NCBI GenBank assembly: GCA_044222475.1
Contig: JBGANF010000061.1
Coordinates: 1 to 42,518, forward strand
Length of the DNA: 42,518 nucleotides
Reading direction: 5' to 3'
Source: Polyangiaceae bacterium
Lineage (GTDB): Bacteria > Myxococcota_A > Polyangia > Polyangiales > Polyangiaceae
Shown here: one piece after another, positions 1 to 9,762 of the stretch
How the letters are laid out: every line of letters starts with the position of its first letter
How positions within the stretch are numbered: the stretch's first letter is position 1
Made by a program: the position numbers and the translations under genes
Notes under the pieces: model-generated
The model's input: the letters and a program-made list of their open reading frames with translations, nothing else
Told to the model about the DNA's origin: nothing
Database searches by the model: none

Positions 1-61
1 GGATGGCGAAGAAGGGGACGGACTTGACCCACTGGAGGCGACGTTCTTCGGCGGTATGCAC
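1..61 (-). CDS. Partial CDS (N-terminus only), possibly an acyl-CoA/fatty-acid desaturase
   Basis: GTG at 61 reads MHTAEERRLQWVKSVPFFAI off the window edge; TACGTT hexamer 7 nt upstream. Product is a guess from a short resemblance only. Confidence 0.35.
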   Translation of the reverse strand, partial: MHTAEERRLQWVKSVPFFAI

Positions 62-203
62 GAGTCAAAACGTAGCGCTCGCTCTGTCAGGAATTGGTCA
101 TCGGATGGCCATCCTTCCATCAGAAAGCCAATCAGAACGGCCGTTTAGGCGCCGCAGCGCGTCGAAACGCGGCCGGTTGCGGGATCTCCGGGGCCAGGCC
201 GCG

Positions 204-209
204 TATGAT
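204..209 (+). promoter_or_regulatory. Putative -10 hexamer (TATGAT) of a leaderless transcript
   Basis: TATGAT, 6 nt, then ATG216; no SD-like sequence. Confidence 0.5.
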
Positions 210-215
210 GCCAGC

Positions 216-1391
216 ATGGAATTCCGCCGCTTCGCGATCGTCTTGGTTGCCCTCGGGGCAAGCTCCGCTCTGGCCGCCGCGTGTGCCACCGGCACGGTGG
301 ATCCCTACGTGCTCTACGACGCCGGCGGTGGGAAAGACTCGACCGCGGGTGACGCCAGCGGCTGTCCCCAGTTCGACCTGCAGACCGATCCGAAGCACTG
401 CGGAACGTGCACCAACGCGTGCTCGTCGGCGCAGGTCTGCTCGAACGGAGTCTGCAAGTCGCAGTGCGACGCGCCGCTCATCAAGTGCGCCGGCGACTCG
501 GGCTCGTGCGTCGACACCAACAAGGACACGAAGAACTGCGGCGCGTGCGGCACGGTGTGCCCGCTCCCCGACGGCGGTCCCGAAGGCGGCAACGGGAACC
601 CCGACGCCGGCATCCCGATCCCCGACAGCGGCCCGCCCGATACGGGCAACGGCTGGTCGATCGGCACCGCCGACTGCACCAACTCCAAGTGCAGCGTCGT
701 CTGCCCGAACGGCACCGACCTCTGCAGCGACAAGCTGTGCTGGGACACCAAGAACTCTCACGAGCACTGCGGCAACTGCAGCACCGCGTGCGCGCCCGAC
801 ACCGAGTGGTGCACGCAGGGCAAGTGCTGCCCGACGGGCTCGCAGGTCTGCAACAACGCCTGCGTCGACATCCTCGCGAACAACCAGAACTGCGGTGGCT
901 GCGGCATCGTCTGCGGTGGCAACACCCCGGTGTGCTCCGGCGGCCAGTGCGTGGCGTCGGTGATCTACTCGCAGTCGATCCCCGCGGGCACGCTGTCCCA
1001 AGGCAGCCTCCAGTGCACGGCGTGGAACACGTTCCTGTCGCAGCTCACCGGCACGTACTCCTCGATCACGCTGAAGGGGAGCTCGTTCCCGGCCGGTTAC
1101 ACGTGCACCGGCTCCGTGGCCGACCAGCTCTGCAAGTCGCTCCACACCGGCTTCACCAACAAGAGCGCCCCGACGTACGTCAACGGCGTCAGCTGCAACG
1201 GCCACCTCTGGTACACGAGCAACTGCTCGGTGAACACGCCGCAGATCGGCCTCTCGGTCGACGTGTATGCGTGCAGCTGCAACAACCCCGGCTACGTCGC
1301 ACGGCCCTGCATCGGCAACGACAACTGGGGTGGCGTCGGCACGAACTCCTGCCCGCCGCCGACGCAGACGATCACCGTCGAGTGCAAGTAG
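216..1391 (+). CDS. Cys-rich repeat lipoprotein (STIG1/MXAN_6577-like repeats)
   Basis: Signal peptide ending LAAAC; four CxD..D/N..(H/N)CGxC...C repeats; PDGG/PDAG linker; Cys-rich C-terminal domain. Confidence 0.8.
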   Translation: MEFRRFAIVLVALGASSALAAACATGTVDPYVLYDAGGGKDSTAGDASGCPQFDLQTDPKHCGTCTNACSSAQVCSNGVCKSQCDAPLIKCAGDSGSCVDTNKDTKNCGACGTVCPLPDGGPEGGNGNPDAGIPIPDSGPPDTGNGWSIGTADCTNSKCSVVCPNGTDLCSDKLCWDTKNSHEHCGNCSTACAPDTEWCTQGKCCPTGSQVCNNACVDILANNQNCGGCGIVCGGNTPVCSGGQCVASVIYSQSIPAGTLSQGSLQCTAWNTFLSQLTGTYSSITLKGSSFPAGYTCTGSVADQLCKSLHTGFTNKSAPTYVNGVSCNGHLWYTSNCSVNTPQIGLSVDVYACSCNNPGYVARPCIGNDNWGGVGTNSCPPPTQTITVECK

Positions 1392-1395
1392 CGAT

Positions 1396-1773
1396 CTAGC
1401 GACCGTGCGTGACGCAGAGACTCTCGATGACGCTCAGCGTGGCGTCGTCGAGAGACACGAACACGACGACGACCCGAGTGGGCTCGACGGAGCGCACGAA
1501 CGCTTCGACGGGCACGATGTCGTCGAGGTGGGTCATCTCGACGACGACTGCATCGCCGGGCTCGAGCGCCGTGTGGACCTGCGCGGTGCGGATCTCGGCG
1601 CCGGCGAGCCCGAGGTGCGTGACGACGATCGGCTGACGCCCGAGGCGGGTCGAGTCGACGAGCGTCCCGACGAGGAAGCGGTGGAGCGACGGGGCCGCGC
1701 CTCCCGTCTTCTTGAATGATCCGCTACCGAACTTCGCGATCCCCCCAGGGACTGCAGGCTTCGGTCTGGTCAT
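1396..1773 (-). CDS. PilZ-like domain protein
   Basis: 125 aa from MTRPKP; HLGLAGAEI matches the D/NxSxxG position, followed by AFVRSV...VVVVFVSLD; GGAGG upstream. Confidence 0.55.
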   Translation of the reverse strand: MTRPKPAVPGGIAKFGSGSFKKTGGAAPSLHRFLVGTLVDSTRLGRQPIVVTHLGLAGAEIRTAQVHTALEPGDAVVVEMTHLDDIVPVEAFVRSVEPTRVVVVFVSLDDATLSVIESLCVTHGR

Positions 1774-1859
1774 GGGATGGTGGAGCCTCCAACGAAAGGA
1801 TGGCCGGAGTCGTCGGTTCGTGCACCCCTCTTTTGGAGCGAGGAACGTACGCTGTACGT

Positions 1860-2216
1860 CTACCGGCAGACGCGCCCGATGATGCGGTCGGGCGTGCGCT
1901 CGAAGGTCGTGCCGTCGGCGAACCACACGTCGTAGACGGTCCCTCGGTGAGCCACGATGCGGCCCACGGCGTCGTGGTTCTTCATCTCCGTCGTCACGAC
2001 GATGTCGCCGACGACGTAGCTCTGCGGGTCCAGATCCGGGGCGCACACCGTGACGTCCGCCGCGGACGCGGGGATTCTCCTCGCGCAGATGGCGGGCGCT
2101 GGGCAGCCCGTCGCGCCGTCGATCATCGCTTGGACGTTGGCGCCCTCGGGGTCTTTCCGGTGGCATGCCGCGAGCGCGACGAAGGCGAGCGTGATGGCGC
2201 CGAGGAGCTTCCCCAT
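1860..2216 (-). CDS. Hypothetical lipoprotein
   Basis: MGKLLGAITLAFVALAAC lipobox; SH3/Tudor-like beta pattern at the C-terminus. Confidence 0.7.
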   Translation of the reverse strand: MGKLLGAITLAFVALAACHRKDPEGANVQAMIDGATGCPAPAICARRIPASAADVTVCAPDLDPQSYVVGDIVVTTEMKNHDAVGRIVAHRGTVYDVWFADGTTFERTPDRIIGRVCR

Positions 2217-2252
2217 CGACGGATCGTGTACCACGAGGGATAGTGACGGTCG

Positions 2253-3173
2253 GTGAAACGATCCTGGGTCTACGCGCCGCTGCTCTTCGGGTTGGTCGCC
2301 TCGTCGGTGACCCACGGAACGGCCGCGCTCGCGATGTGGCTCGGCGGCAGCGGCGGGGCGGCCGGCCGCCTTGGGGAAGGCGGCCGTAGCGGCGCAGGGG
2401 ACACCGCGATCGACGTGTCGTTCGCTGGCCCGGAGTCGACGGCGGCCGCCGCGCCGACGGCCACCAGCACGAGCACCACGCCGCCGGTGGTGGCGCCCAC
2501 CGCGACCGCCGCACCGCCGCCCACCGTGGCTCCGGTCGACCCCGAAGCACCGGCGCCCACGCAGACAAGCGCACCCGAAGAGCCCCCGCCGTCGATCTTC
2601 ATGACGCCACCGATCGCCGGTGGTGGCGCCGCGGTGGCGAACGGCGGCCGCCTCGCAGGCGCGGGCCTCGGCTCCGGCATCACCGGAGTGAACGGCAGTA
2701 CCATCGAGGGACAACGCGCGTTGCTCCCGCGCGCCGCGACCTGCAAAGATCCGATCGCCGGCACGTGGGAGGCGCACAAGTACAACGCGAACCTCGGCGG
2801 ACTGTGGGTTCACTTCACGCTCTCGGTTCACCGAGGCACCGGCGGCGGGCTCATCGGGCCCATCCTCTCGCACACGTGGTCGGGGAGCCCGCTCGACAGC
2901 GTCCCGCCCGAGTGCCGCGCGGGAGCGGTCAACATGACGGTCTCGATGAACGCGACCGGCGTCGACGGCGGCAACGGAAAGATCACGTTCGGAGCCACGC
3001 GGTACAGCGTCGTCTCGGTCGAGTGCCGCGGGATCGAGAGCAGCTACGCCCCCGACCACTTCAGCGGCACCATCGACCCACAGCGCCAAGAGTTCCAATC
3101 GGTCAACAACGACGGCCTGAACGACATCAACGCGCCGTACGTCTTCCGTCGCACCGGCTGCCTCGACGAGTGA
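2253..3173 (+). CDS. Membrane-anchored protein with Pro/Thr/Ala-rich linker and Cys-containing C-terminal domain
   Basis: N-terminal hydrophobic helix, long P/T/A linker, globular C-terminus with 4 Cys. Confidence 0.7.
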   Translation: MKRSWVYAPLLFGLVASSVTHGTAALAMWLGGSGGAAGRLGEGGRSGAGDTAIDVSFAGPESTAAAAPTATSTSTTPPVVAPTATAAPPPTVAPVDPEAPAPTQTSAPEEPPPSIFMTPPIAGGGAAVANGGRLAGAGLGSGITGVNGSTIEGQRALLPRAATCKDPIAGTWEAHKYNANLGGLWVHFTLSVHRGTGGGLIGPILSHTWSGSPLDSVPPECRAGAVNMTVSMNATGVDGGNGKITFGATRYSVVSVECRGIESSYAPDHFSGTIDPQRQEFQSVNNDGLNDINAPYVFRRTGCLDE

Positions 3174-3213
3174 CGGAACAAACTGCCGAGCTCGGTGTCC
3201 GCGCCAGAGCGCG

Positions 3214-3684
3214 ATGATCCGCCGGACGGTCCTGCTCATGGCTCTCGTGGGGTGCACGCCAGCCGAGCACGCCGTGCGGGAGGTGTCGCAGGTCGCGCTG
3301 CGGGCTCCTGCGCCCGCATCGCCCGTGCAGGTCGAGCCCCCGTTGCCGCAGGTGCTCGGCGACGGGCTCGGCGTCGCCGACATCCGAGTCGGGAGCGGCC
3401 CGGTCGCCGAGCGGGGAAGGAAGGTCGTGCTCGAGTACGTAGGGATCACCGAGGACGGAGTCGAGTTCGCCACGTCTGCCGGCAAGACCGAGCCGTTCTC
3501 CTTCGTTCTGGGGGATCACGGCGTGAACGCGATTTGGGAGAAGGGCATCGACGGCATGCGCATGGGCGGAGCGCGACGGATCTGGATACCTCCCGAGCTG
3601 ATCAACGGCGGCCGCGGGCGGCCTCCGGTGATCCCGCCCGGCGTGACGCTGATCTTCGACGTCGAGCTGTTGGAAGTTCGATGA
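3214..3684 (+). CDS. FKBP-type peptidyl-prolyl cis-trans isomerase (lipoprotein)
   Basis: DIRVGSGP, PFSFVLG, WEKGIDGMRMGGARRIWIPPEL, IPPGVTLIFDVELL; LVGC lipobox. Confidence 0.9.
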   Translation: MIRRTVLLMALVGCTPAEHAVREVSQVALRAPAPASPVQVEPPLPQVLGDGLGVADIRVGSGPVAERGRKVVLEYVGITEDGVEFATSAGKTEPFSFVLGDHGVNAIWEKGIDGMRMGGARRIWIPPELINGGRGRPPVIPPGVTLIFDVELLEVR

Positions 3685-3736
3685 CCGTGGCGCGGCGATG
3701 GAGTGAACGCCGAATTCCTGCGATGCTGTCGGGTCA

Positions 3737-4672
3737 GTGACTGCTCATCACGACCTCGTCAAACGATTGCGCGCCGGACTCGGCGAGGTGCTCCGCGGGA
3801 AGGCCGCCGTCGTCGACCTCGCGCTCATCGGCATCTTCGCCGGCGGTCACGTTCTCCTCGAGGACGTGCCCGGCGTGGGGAAGACCACCCTCGCGAAGGC
3901 GCTCGCGAAGGCCTTCGGGGTGCGATTCACACGCGTGCAGTTTACACCTGATCTCCTGCCGGGCGACATCACCGGGTCGCTCGTGCTCGACCCGGAGAAG
4001 GGGACGTTCTCCTTCCACCGCGGTCCGATCTTCACGAACGTGCTCCTCGCCGACGAGATCAACCGCGCATCGCCGCGCACCCAAGCCGCGTTGCTCGAGG
4101 CGATGAACGAGTCGCAGGTGACGGTCGAAGGCGAGACCCACCCGCTCGAAGCGCCGTTCTTCGTCGTCGCGACGCAGAACCCGGCGGACTACCAGGGCAC
4201 GTACCCACTCCCCGAGGCGCAGCTCGATCGCTTCCTCGTGCGCGTGTCGATCGGGTACCCGAGCGCTGCGGACGAGCTCGCGATGCTCTTCGCGCGCCAG
4301 AAGAAGGACCCGCTCGACGACCTCCCGTCGCTCTGCTCGCAGCGCGATCTCGTGGACATCCAGGCCGCGGTCCGCGAGGTCGAGGTGAAGCCGATGGTCG
4401 GGCGGTACCTCCTCGCGATCGTCGAAGCGACGCGCAGCGACTCAGAGCTCAGCCTCGGCGTGAGCCCTCGCGGCTCGCTCTCCCTGTTTCGCGCGGCGCA
4501 GGCTCACGCGTTCCTCGCCGAGCGCGACTACGTGAGCCCCGAGGACGTGAAGGCGATCGCCGTCGCCACGTTGTCCCATCGCGTCGCGCTCCGCGACGAG
4601 GTCCGGTACGCCGGGAGCGACGGCGCAGACGTCGTGACGCGCATCGTCTCGACGGTGCCCGTCCCCGCATGA
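3737..4672 (+). CDS. moxR: MoxR family AAA+ ATPase
   Basis: HVLLEDVPGVGKT (Walker A), RVQFTPDLLPGDITG, LADEINRA (Walker B), ATQNP, YPLPEAQLDRF. Confidence 0.95.
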   Translation: MTAHHDLVKRLRAGLGEVLRGKAAVVDLALIGIFAGGHVLLEDVPGVGKTTLAKALAKAFGVRFTRVQFTPDLLPGDITGSLVLDPEKGTFSFHRGPIFTNVLLADEINRASPRTQAALLEAMNESQVTVEGETHPLEAPFFVVATQNPADYQGTYPLPEAQLDRFLVRVSIGYPSAADELAMLFARQKKDPLDDLPSLCSQRDLVDIQAAVREVEVKPMVGRYLLAIVEATRSDSELSLGVSPRGSLSLFRAAQAHAFLAERDYVSPEDVKAIAVATLSHRVALRDEVRYAGSDGADVVTRIVSTVPVPA

Positions 4673-5994
4673 GCCTCCGATCGTCGATCGCTCGGATCGA
4701 TTGGGCGCGTCTCAACTACGCGCTCATCCCGTCCGCGCGAACGCGACGGCGGCGCGTGGCCACCCCGCCGTGGGAGCGCTCCGCCGGCAACTCGTCGCGG
4801 CTCTGGCGGCTCTACCGCTCGTTCACCGCCGAAGGTCGGGTGCTCTTCGTCGCCACGCTGGTGACGGCTGCGTTCTCGGTCGACGTCACCCACACGAAGG
4901 TCTACGTGCTGATGGCGGTGCTCGGATCGGCGCTCGTGGCGTCGCTCGTCGTGAGCCGGTGGCTGCCGTCGCCCGAGCTCTCGCTCCGCGTGCACGCTCC
5001 GCCGCGCGTGTTCGTCGACGCGGAGGCGGCGTTCGTCGTCGAGTGCGAGCGCACCGTGCCGGGGACGAGCACGCCGCTGCTCCGCGCCGAGGGGCCCTTC
5101 TTGCCCTACTTCGGGCGGTGGATCAGCCGTCCGCCGCCCATCCCCGGCGTGGCAGCGGGCATGAGCGCCAGCGCGACGTTCAAGGCGCGCTTCACCGAGC
5201 GCGGCGAGATCGCCCTGGGACGTTTTCGCGTGAGCGCGCTCGTGCCGCTCGGGCTCGCGTCGGGGCCGCCGATCGAGAGCGCCCCCATTCGCCTCCGCAT
5301 CGTGCCTCGGCCGGCGAACGTGTTGAGCCTGGCCCTTCCTCTCTCGACCAAGCACCAACCGGGCGGTATCGCCCTCGCGTCGAAGACGGGCGAGTCGATG
5401 GATCTCCGGGGCGTTCGGCCCTATCGCAAGGGGGATCGCATCCGCGATCTCTCGGCGCGCACCTGGGCGCGCACCGGCAAGCCGGCGGTGCGCGAATACC
5501 AAGAGGAGTACTTCACTCGCGTCGGAGTGATCCTCGACTGCGTCGCCCCGCTCGGCGCGAGGTCGGGCGCGAGCGATGACGCGTTCGAAGCGGCGGTGTC
5601 GCTCACCGCAGGCATCGTGGCCCGGCTCGGGCGCGGCGAGGCGCTCGTCGATCTGTTGGTGACCGGTGGCGAGGTGCACGCGCTCACACTCGGCCGCAGC
5701 TTGGGCTTTCTCGAGCAAGCGCTCGATCACCTCGCGGTGGCCGAGATGGAGCAGAGCGTCGATCGAACGCGCCTGCTGAAGCTCCTCACTCCGTACCTCG
5801 CGCGACTGTCGGCGGTGGTGATGGTCGTCGACGGTTGGGACGAAGCGCGCGAGGCCTTCCTGCGCGCCATCGAGAAGAAAGGCGTTCGCGTGCACTGCGT
5901 CGCGGTCGGCGCGCCGGTCCGCATGGCGTCGGGCGCGCCGGTGAAGACGGTCTCGGTCGACTCGGTCGTGTCCGGGGAGGGACTGGTGCTGTGA
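4669..5994 (+). CDS. DUF58 domain protein
   Basis: RGVRPYRKGDRIRDLSARTWARTGKPAVREY motif; ATGA overlap with moxR. Confidence 0.9.
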   Translation: MSLRSSIARIDWARLNYALIPSARTRRRRVATPPWERSAGNSSRLWRLYRSFTAEGRVLFVATLVTAAFSVDVTHTKVYVLMAVLGSALVASLVVSRWLPSPELSLRVHAPPRVFVDAEAAFVVECERTVPGTSTPLLRAEGPFLPYFGRWISRPPPIPGVAAGMSASATFKARFTERGEIALGRFRVSALVPLGLASGPPIESAPIRLRIVPRPANVLSLALPLSTKHQPGGIALASKTGESMDLRGVRPYRKGDRIRDLSARTWARTGKPAVREYQEEYFTRVGVILDCVAPLGARSGASDDAFEAAVSLTAGIVARLGRGEALVDLLVTGGEVHALTLGRSLGFLEQALDHLAVAEMEQSVDRTRLLKLLTPYLARLSAVVMVVDGWDEAREAFLRAIEKKGVRVHCVAVGAPVRMASGAPVKTVSVDSVVSGEGLVL

Positions 5995-7796
5995 GCGACC
6001 GATTCATGCGCGCGCAGCCGCTGCTCTGGACGACGCTACTGCTCGCAACCGGCGGAGCTCCGCTCTACTGGCCGCTCGGCCTGGCGGTGATCGCGCTCCT
6101 GTCGGTCGTCCTTCCATGGCGCCTGACGCTCACGACGTTCGGTGCGTTGCTCTGGATGATCGCGGGGGCCTCGCTGCCGATCCTCTGGGCGCGGACGACC
6201 ACGAGCGACATCGGGCTCGCGCTCCCGGTCGCGCTCCTCCTCTCCGGCGTGGCGGCGGTGCGCCTCTTCTTCGAGACCCCGCTCTTCGGTCGCAACTTCG
6301 ACCGCGCGCTCGTGGGTTTCGTCTGCATCGCCGAGGGCATCGGGGTGAAGAGCGCTCCGTACCCGTACGTGGCGGTGATCGTCGCCGTCTCGCTCCTCGT
6401 CGAGAGCGCGGGTGGCCTGGCCGCGCTCCGAGCGTTCGCGCGCACGCCTCGGGCCGCGATGGCCGTCGTGGCCCTGTCCGTCGCGCTCGCTTCGCTCTTG
6501 GCGATCGCGCTCCCCGCGATCGACCGCGCGACGAATCGCCGCTTTCAAGCGCTCTTCGAGGGGCGCATCCGCAAGACCGCGTTCTCGGCTCACGTGCGCC
6601 TCGATCAACCGGGCCTCATCAGCTCGAGCGACGAGATCGTGCTCCGACTCCACGGAGCCGAAGCCGACTACCTGCGCGGCGCGGTCTTCGACTCGTTCGA
6701 TGGTGCCTATTGGACCACGTCACCTCACGGCGCCGCGCGCGCGACGGTCCTCGCCCCGCCGGCGAAGAGCGATCGCACCGAGGTCGACGCCGCCGAGTCG
6801 AGCGTGTGGCTCTTCGCACCGCGAGGGACCGTGGCGGTGGGCGACACGCCATGGGAGGCGGATGCTCTCGGCGCACGGCGACCGACCGAGCGGCGCGGGG
6901 CCTTGCACTGGGCCTTCGCGACGGCGATGGACGAACCAGTCGACGCGCCGACCGACGCCGACCGGAAGCTCCCGCCGTCGATCGTCGACCAGGTGCGACC
7001 CCTCGCGCGCGAATGGACCGCCGGAGCGACCAACGATCGCGAGCGCGTCGACGCGCTCGCCTCGCACCTGATGCGGGACTTCACCTACACGCTCGATCGG
7101 CCCGCGCCGCCGGCTGGTTCTTCGGCGTTGATCGATTTCTTGTTCGTTCACCGCGAAGGGCACTGCGAGTTCTTCGCGTCGGCCTTCGTCGTTCTCGCGC
7201 GCACGCTCGGCATCCCGGCACGTCTCGTCGCCGGCTTTCGCGTCGTCGAGCACAACGGCTTCGGCGGCTACGCGGTGGTGCGAGCCAAGCACGCGCACGC
7301 GTGGGCCGAGGCGTGGGTTCCCGCCGGTGACACGAGCCACTTCGAGGTCGTCGACCCGACGCCCGGAGGCGTGCCGACACTCGAGCAGACCAACACCCGA
7401 TCGACGTCGGCGTTCTTCGACTACCTGAAGTGGTCGATCGGCGCGCTGTACGACGCTGCGATTGCCTCGCCCGAGCGCTCGATCCCGGTGCTGCTCGGGA
7501 TCATCGTCATCGCGTTCATCGTGCGCGCGGTGCGCAATCGCCGCCGCCGCAAGGACTCCAGCGCGGAAGCGATCGTGGACGTTCTACCCGCGTCCTTCGT
7601 GCGCTTCGAGACGATGCTCGCCGAGCAGGGCTTCGTGCGGGAGCGCGCCGAGACGCTGGAGTCGCTCGCGTCGCGCTTGGCGGCCGCGGACCACGAAGCG
7701 TGGGCAAAGGCTCTTCGTCGGTACGCGAGGGTGCGCTACGGGCCTGGGACCGCGTCCGACACCGATCTCGCGGAAGCGCTCACGACAGAGCGTTGA
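5991..7796 (+). CDS. Transglutaminase-like membrane protein (TgpA/DUF3488 type)
   Basis: Multi-TM N-terminus, YLRGAVFD, GHCEFFAS (catalytic Cys), LGIPARLVAGF, HAWAEAW, DPTP; GTGA overlap with the DUF58 gene. Confidence 0.9.
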   Translation: MSDRFMRAQPLLWTTLLLATGGAPLYWPLGLAVIALLSVVLPWRLTLTTFGALLWMIAGASLPILWARTTTSDIGLALPVALLLSGVAAVRLFFETPLFGRNFDRALVGFVCIAEGIGVKSAPYPYVAVIVAVSLLVESAGGLAALRAFARTPRAAMAVVALSVALASLLAIALPAIDRATNRRFQALFEGRIRKTAFSAHVRLDQPGLISSSDEIVLRLHGAEADYLRGAVFDSFDGAYWTTSPHGAARATVLAPPAKSDRTEVDAAESSVWLFAPRGTVAVGDTPWEADALGARRPTERRGALHWAFATAMDEPVDAPTDADRKLPPSIVDQVRPLAREWTAGATNDRERVDALASHLMRDFTYTLDRPAPPAGSSALIDFLFVHREGHCEFFASAFVVLARTLGIPARLVAGFRVVEHNGFGGYAVVRAKHAHAWAEAWVPAGDTSHFEVVDPTPGGVPTLEQTNTRSTSAFFDYLKWSIGALYDAAIASPERSIPVLLGIIVIAFIVRAVRNRRRRKDSSAEAIVDVLPASFVRFETMLAEQGFVRERAETLESLASRLAAADHEAWAKALRRYARVRYGPGTASDTDLAEALTTER

Positions 7797-8487
7797 GCAT
7801 CGAGTCCACGAGGCGCGCGCTCGTCACCGGGTCGGGCGCGCCGAGACAGAGCGGCGCCGGTGCGGCGCTCGCGATCGCGGTCTTGAGCCCGACGATCGCC
7901 GCCTCGCGTGCGCGGTCGAGGGCGGCGTTTTCTTCCGTGGTGAGCCGTGCTCGGCACCACGCGTCGACCGCCCACGCGAGCTCGGCGTGGCGCGTCTCGT
8001 CGTTCGCGATCGCGTCCATCTTCCGTCGCACGCGGTAGCTCGTCGCGTGCCGCGCTTGGTGCGTCGCGACGCGCGCCGCGAACGTCTCGAGCAGGCAACC
8101 CTCGACCGCGTTCTCGAGCGCGATCGCGAACACGGAGCGAACCGGGAGCTCACCCACGTCGGGCGCGACGAGGTTCGCTTCGCGCTCGCCTGCTTCGCGC
8201 GCGAGGGTGCGCATCGCGGCAGCGTGCCGCACTTCGTCGCGGCGTGCGCGATGGGCGGCGCGCACCAGCTCCGGGTCGGCGCCGTGATGCGCGAGCTCGC
8301 GCGCGAGCCGTTCGAACGCTGGGATCGAGATCGCCTCGAGCTTCGCAGCGCGGGCAAACCACCCGCCGACGGTGCCTCCGCCGCCCGCGCTGGGCGTTTC
8401 TCGAATCGAAACGGCAGTTTGCGTGGGAGCCGCCGCACACGCCGCGTCCACCACAAAGAGAAGAAAGAGCGGGCGAAGCCGTCGCAT
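7780..8487 (-). CDS. Ferritin-like domain protein (myxobacterial type)
   Basis: LEAISIPAF, DEVRHA, ENAVEGCLLET and DETRHAELAW give two ExxH di-iron motifs; hydrophobic N-terminus. Confidence 0.8.
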   Translation of the reverse strand: MRRLRPLFLLFVVDAACAAAPTQTAVSIRETPSAGGGGTVGGWFARAAKLEAISIPAFERLARELAHHGADPELVRAAHRARRDEVRHAAAMRTLAREAGEREANLVAPDVGELPVRSVFAIALENAVEGCLLETFAARVATHQARHATSYRVRRKMDAIANDETRHAELAWAVDAWCRARLTTEENAALDRAREAAIVGLKTAIASAAPAPLCLGAPDPVTSARLVDSMLNALS

Positions 8488-8561
8488 GGTCGCAGTTCGA
8501 CGGACGACGCCCGCGTTCATTCGCACCCGCATGCGATATGGTGGGCGATGGTGTCGAATCG

Positions 8562-9752
8562 ATGAAACGCGTCTTGCTCGGTCTCTGCCTGTCGTCGCTC
8601 GGTTGCGGGAGTGATCCGGTCTCTGCAACGCCGGATGCCGGGTCGATCGATGGCGGTATGGACTCCGATGCCGCCGCCGAAGTGTTCCCAGCGTTTCCTC
8701 CCGATCTGCCGAGGGTGCTGAACGCCGGTGGCCCGACGATGAAAGACCCGGTCGTCGTGCCGATCGTCTTCGCCAACGAAGATCCGGCGAAGGTGACGAA
8801 GCTCACGGACTTTCTGAGCAAGCTGCCCGGCTCGTCGTACTGGTCGCAGACGACGAAGGAGTACGGAGTCGACTCGATCACGATCGCCCCCGTCGTCACG
8901 CTGACCGAGAGCGCACCGGCGTCGATCACCGACGGCGAGATCGCCGCCTGGCTCACCGACGCGATCGCGAATGCCAAGGTGCCGGCGAACCAGCCCGAGA
9001 AGTCGCTCTACGTCATCTACTACCCGCAGACGACGACCACCATCAACGGCGGGCAGCAGAGCTGCACCGAGTACGGCGGCTACCACAGCGAGGTGGGCGG
9101 CGTGATCTTCGCCGTCATCAACGGCTGCGCGAGCTACTCCGCGCGCACCGCGCCGGGAGAGACGCTTCTCGGCTTCGATTTCATCACCGGGCTCACGTCG
9201 CACGAGCTCCTCGAGGCGGTGACCGACCCGTTCTACGCGACGAAGCCCGCGTACCGGACCATCGACAACAAACACAAGGCGTGGAGCCTCTACCTCTATG
9301 GCGCGGAGGTCGCCGACACGTGCGAGCTCCAACCCAATGCATTCTACAAGGATCCTGGGATCGGCTACACCGTGCAGCGCTCGTGGTCGAACCAAGCCGC
9401 CGACCAGAACCACGATCCGTGCGTCCCCGCGATCGGGACTCCGTGGGTCGCCGCGTTCCCCGTCAGCCCACCGCTCGGGGTCCCCATCGTCGACGGCGGC
9501 GCGACGATCCCGATCCGCTTGGTGAGCGATGGGCCCACGAACGGCTTTTCGGTGAAGGCGATCGACTACGCCTCCGAGCACGGCAAACCGGCGCAGCTCG
9601 CGCTGTCGCTCGACAAGTCGAGCGGCAAGAACGGGGACACGCTCACCCTCGCCGTCCAGGTCCTCGCCATCGATCCGACCAAGTACGAGGGCTTCATCCT
9701 CGAAACCGACGTCGGCGGCGTGAAGCGGCGAACCGCCGGCGTGGTGCACTGA
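8562..9752 (+). CDS. Lipoprotein with Phi-1/EXORDIUM-like domain
   Basis: LSSLGC lipobox; CTEYGGYHS, SHELLEAVTDP, EVADTC and YTVQRSWSN motifs. Confidence 0.65.
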   Translation: MKRVLLGLCLSSLGCGSDPVSATPDAGSIDGGMDSDAAAEVFPAFPPDLPRVLNAGGPTMKDPVVVPIVFANEDPAKVTKLTDFLSKLPGSSYWSQTTKEYGVDSITIAPVVTLTESAPASITDGEIAAWLTDAIANAKVPANQPEKSLYVIYYPQTTTTINGGQQSCTEYGGYHSEVGGVIFAVINGCASYSARTAPGETLLGFDFITGLTSHELLEAVTDPFYATKPAYRTIDNKHKAWSLYLYGAEVADTCELQPNAFYKDPGIGYTVQRSWSNQAADQNHDPCVPAIGTPWVAAFPVSPPLGVPIVDGGATIPIRLVSDGPTNGFSVKAIDYASEHGKPAQLALSLDKSSGKNGDTLTLAVQVLAIDPTKYEGFILETDVGGVKRRTAGVVH

Positions 9753-9762
9753 GGGGGACGAC

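Noticed and set aside
103..146. Palindromes GGATGGCCATCC and AACGGCCGTT in the first intergenic gap
   Set aside because: They could be operators, but they are short and have no supporting context.
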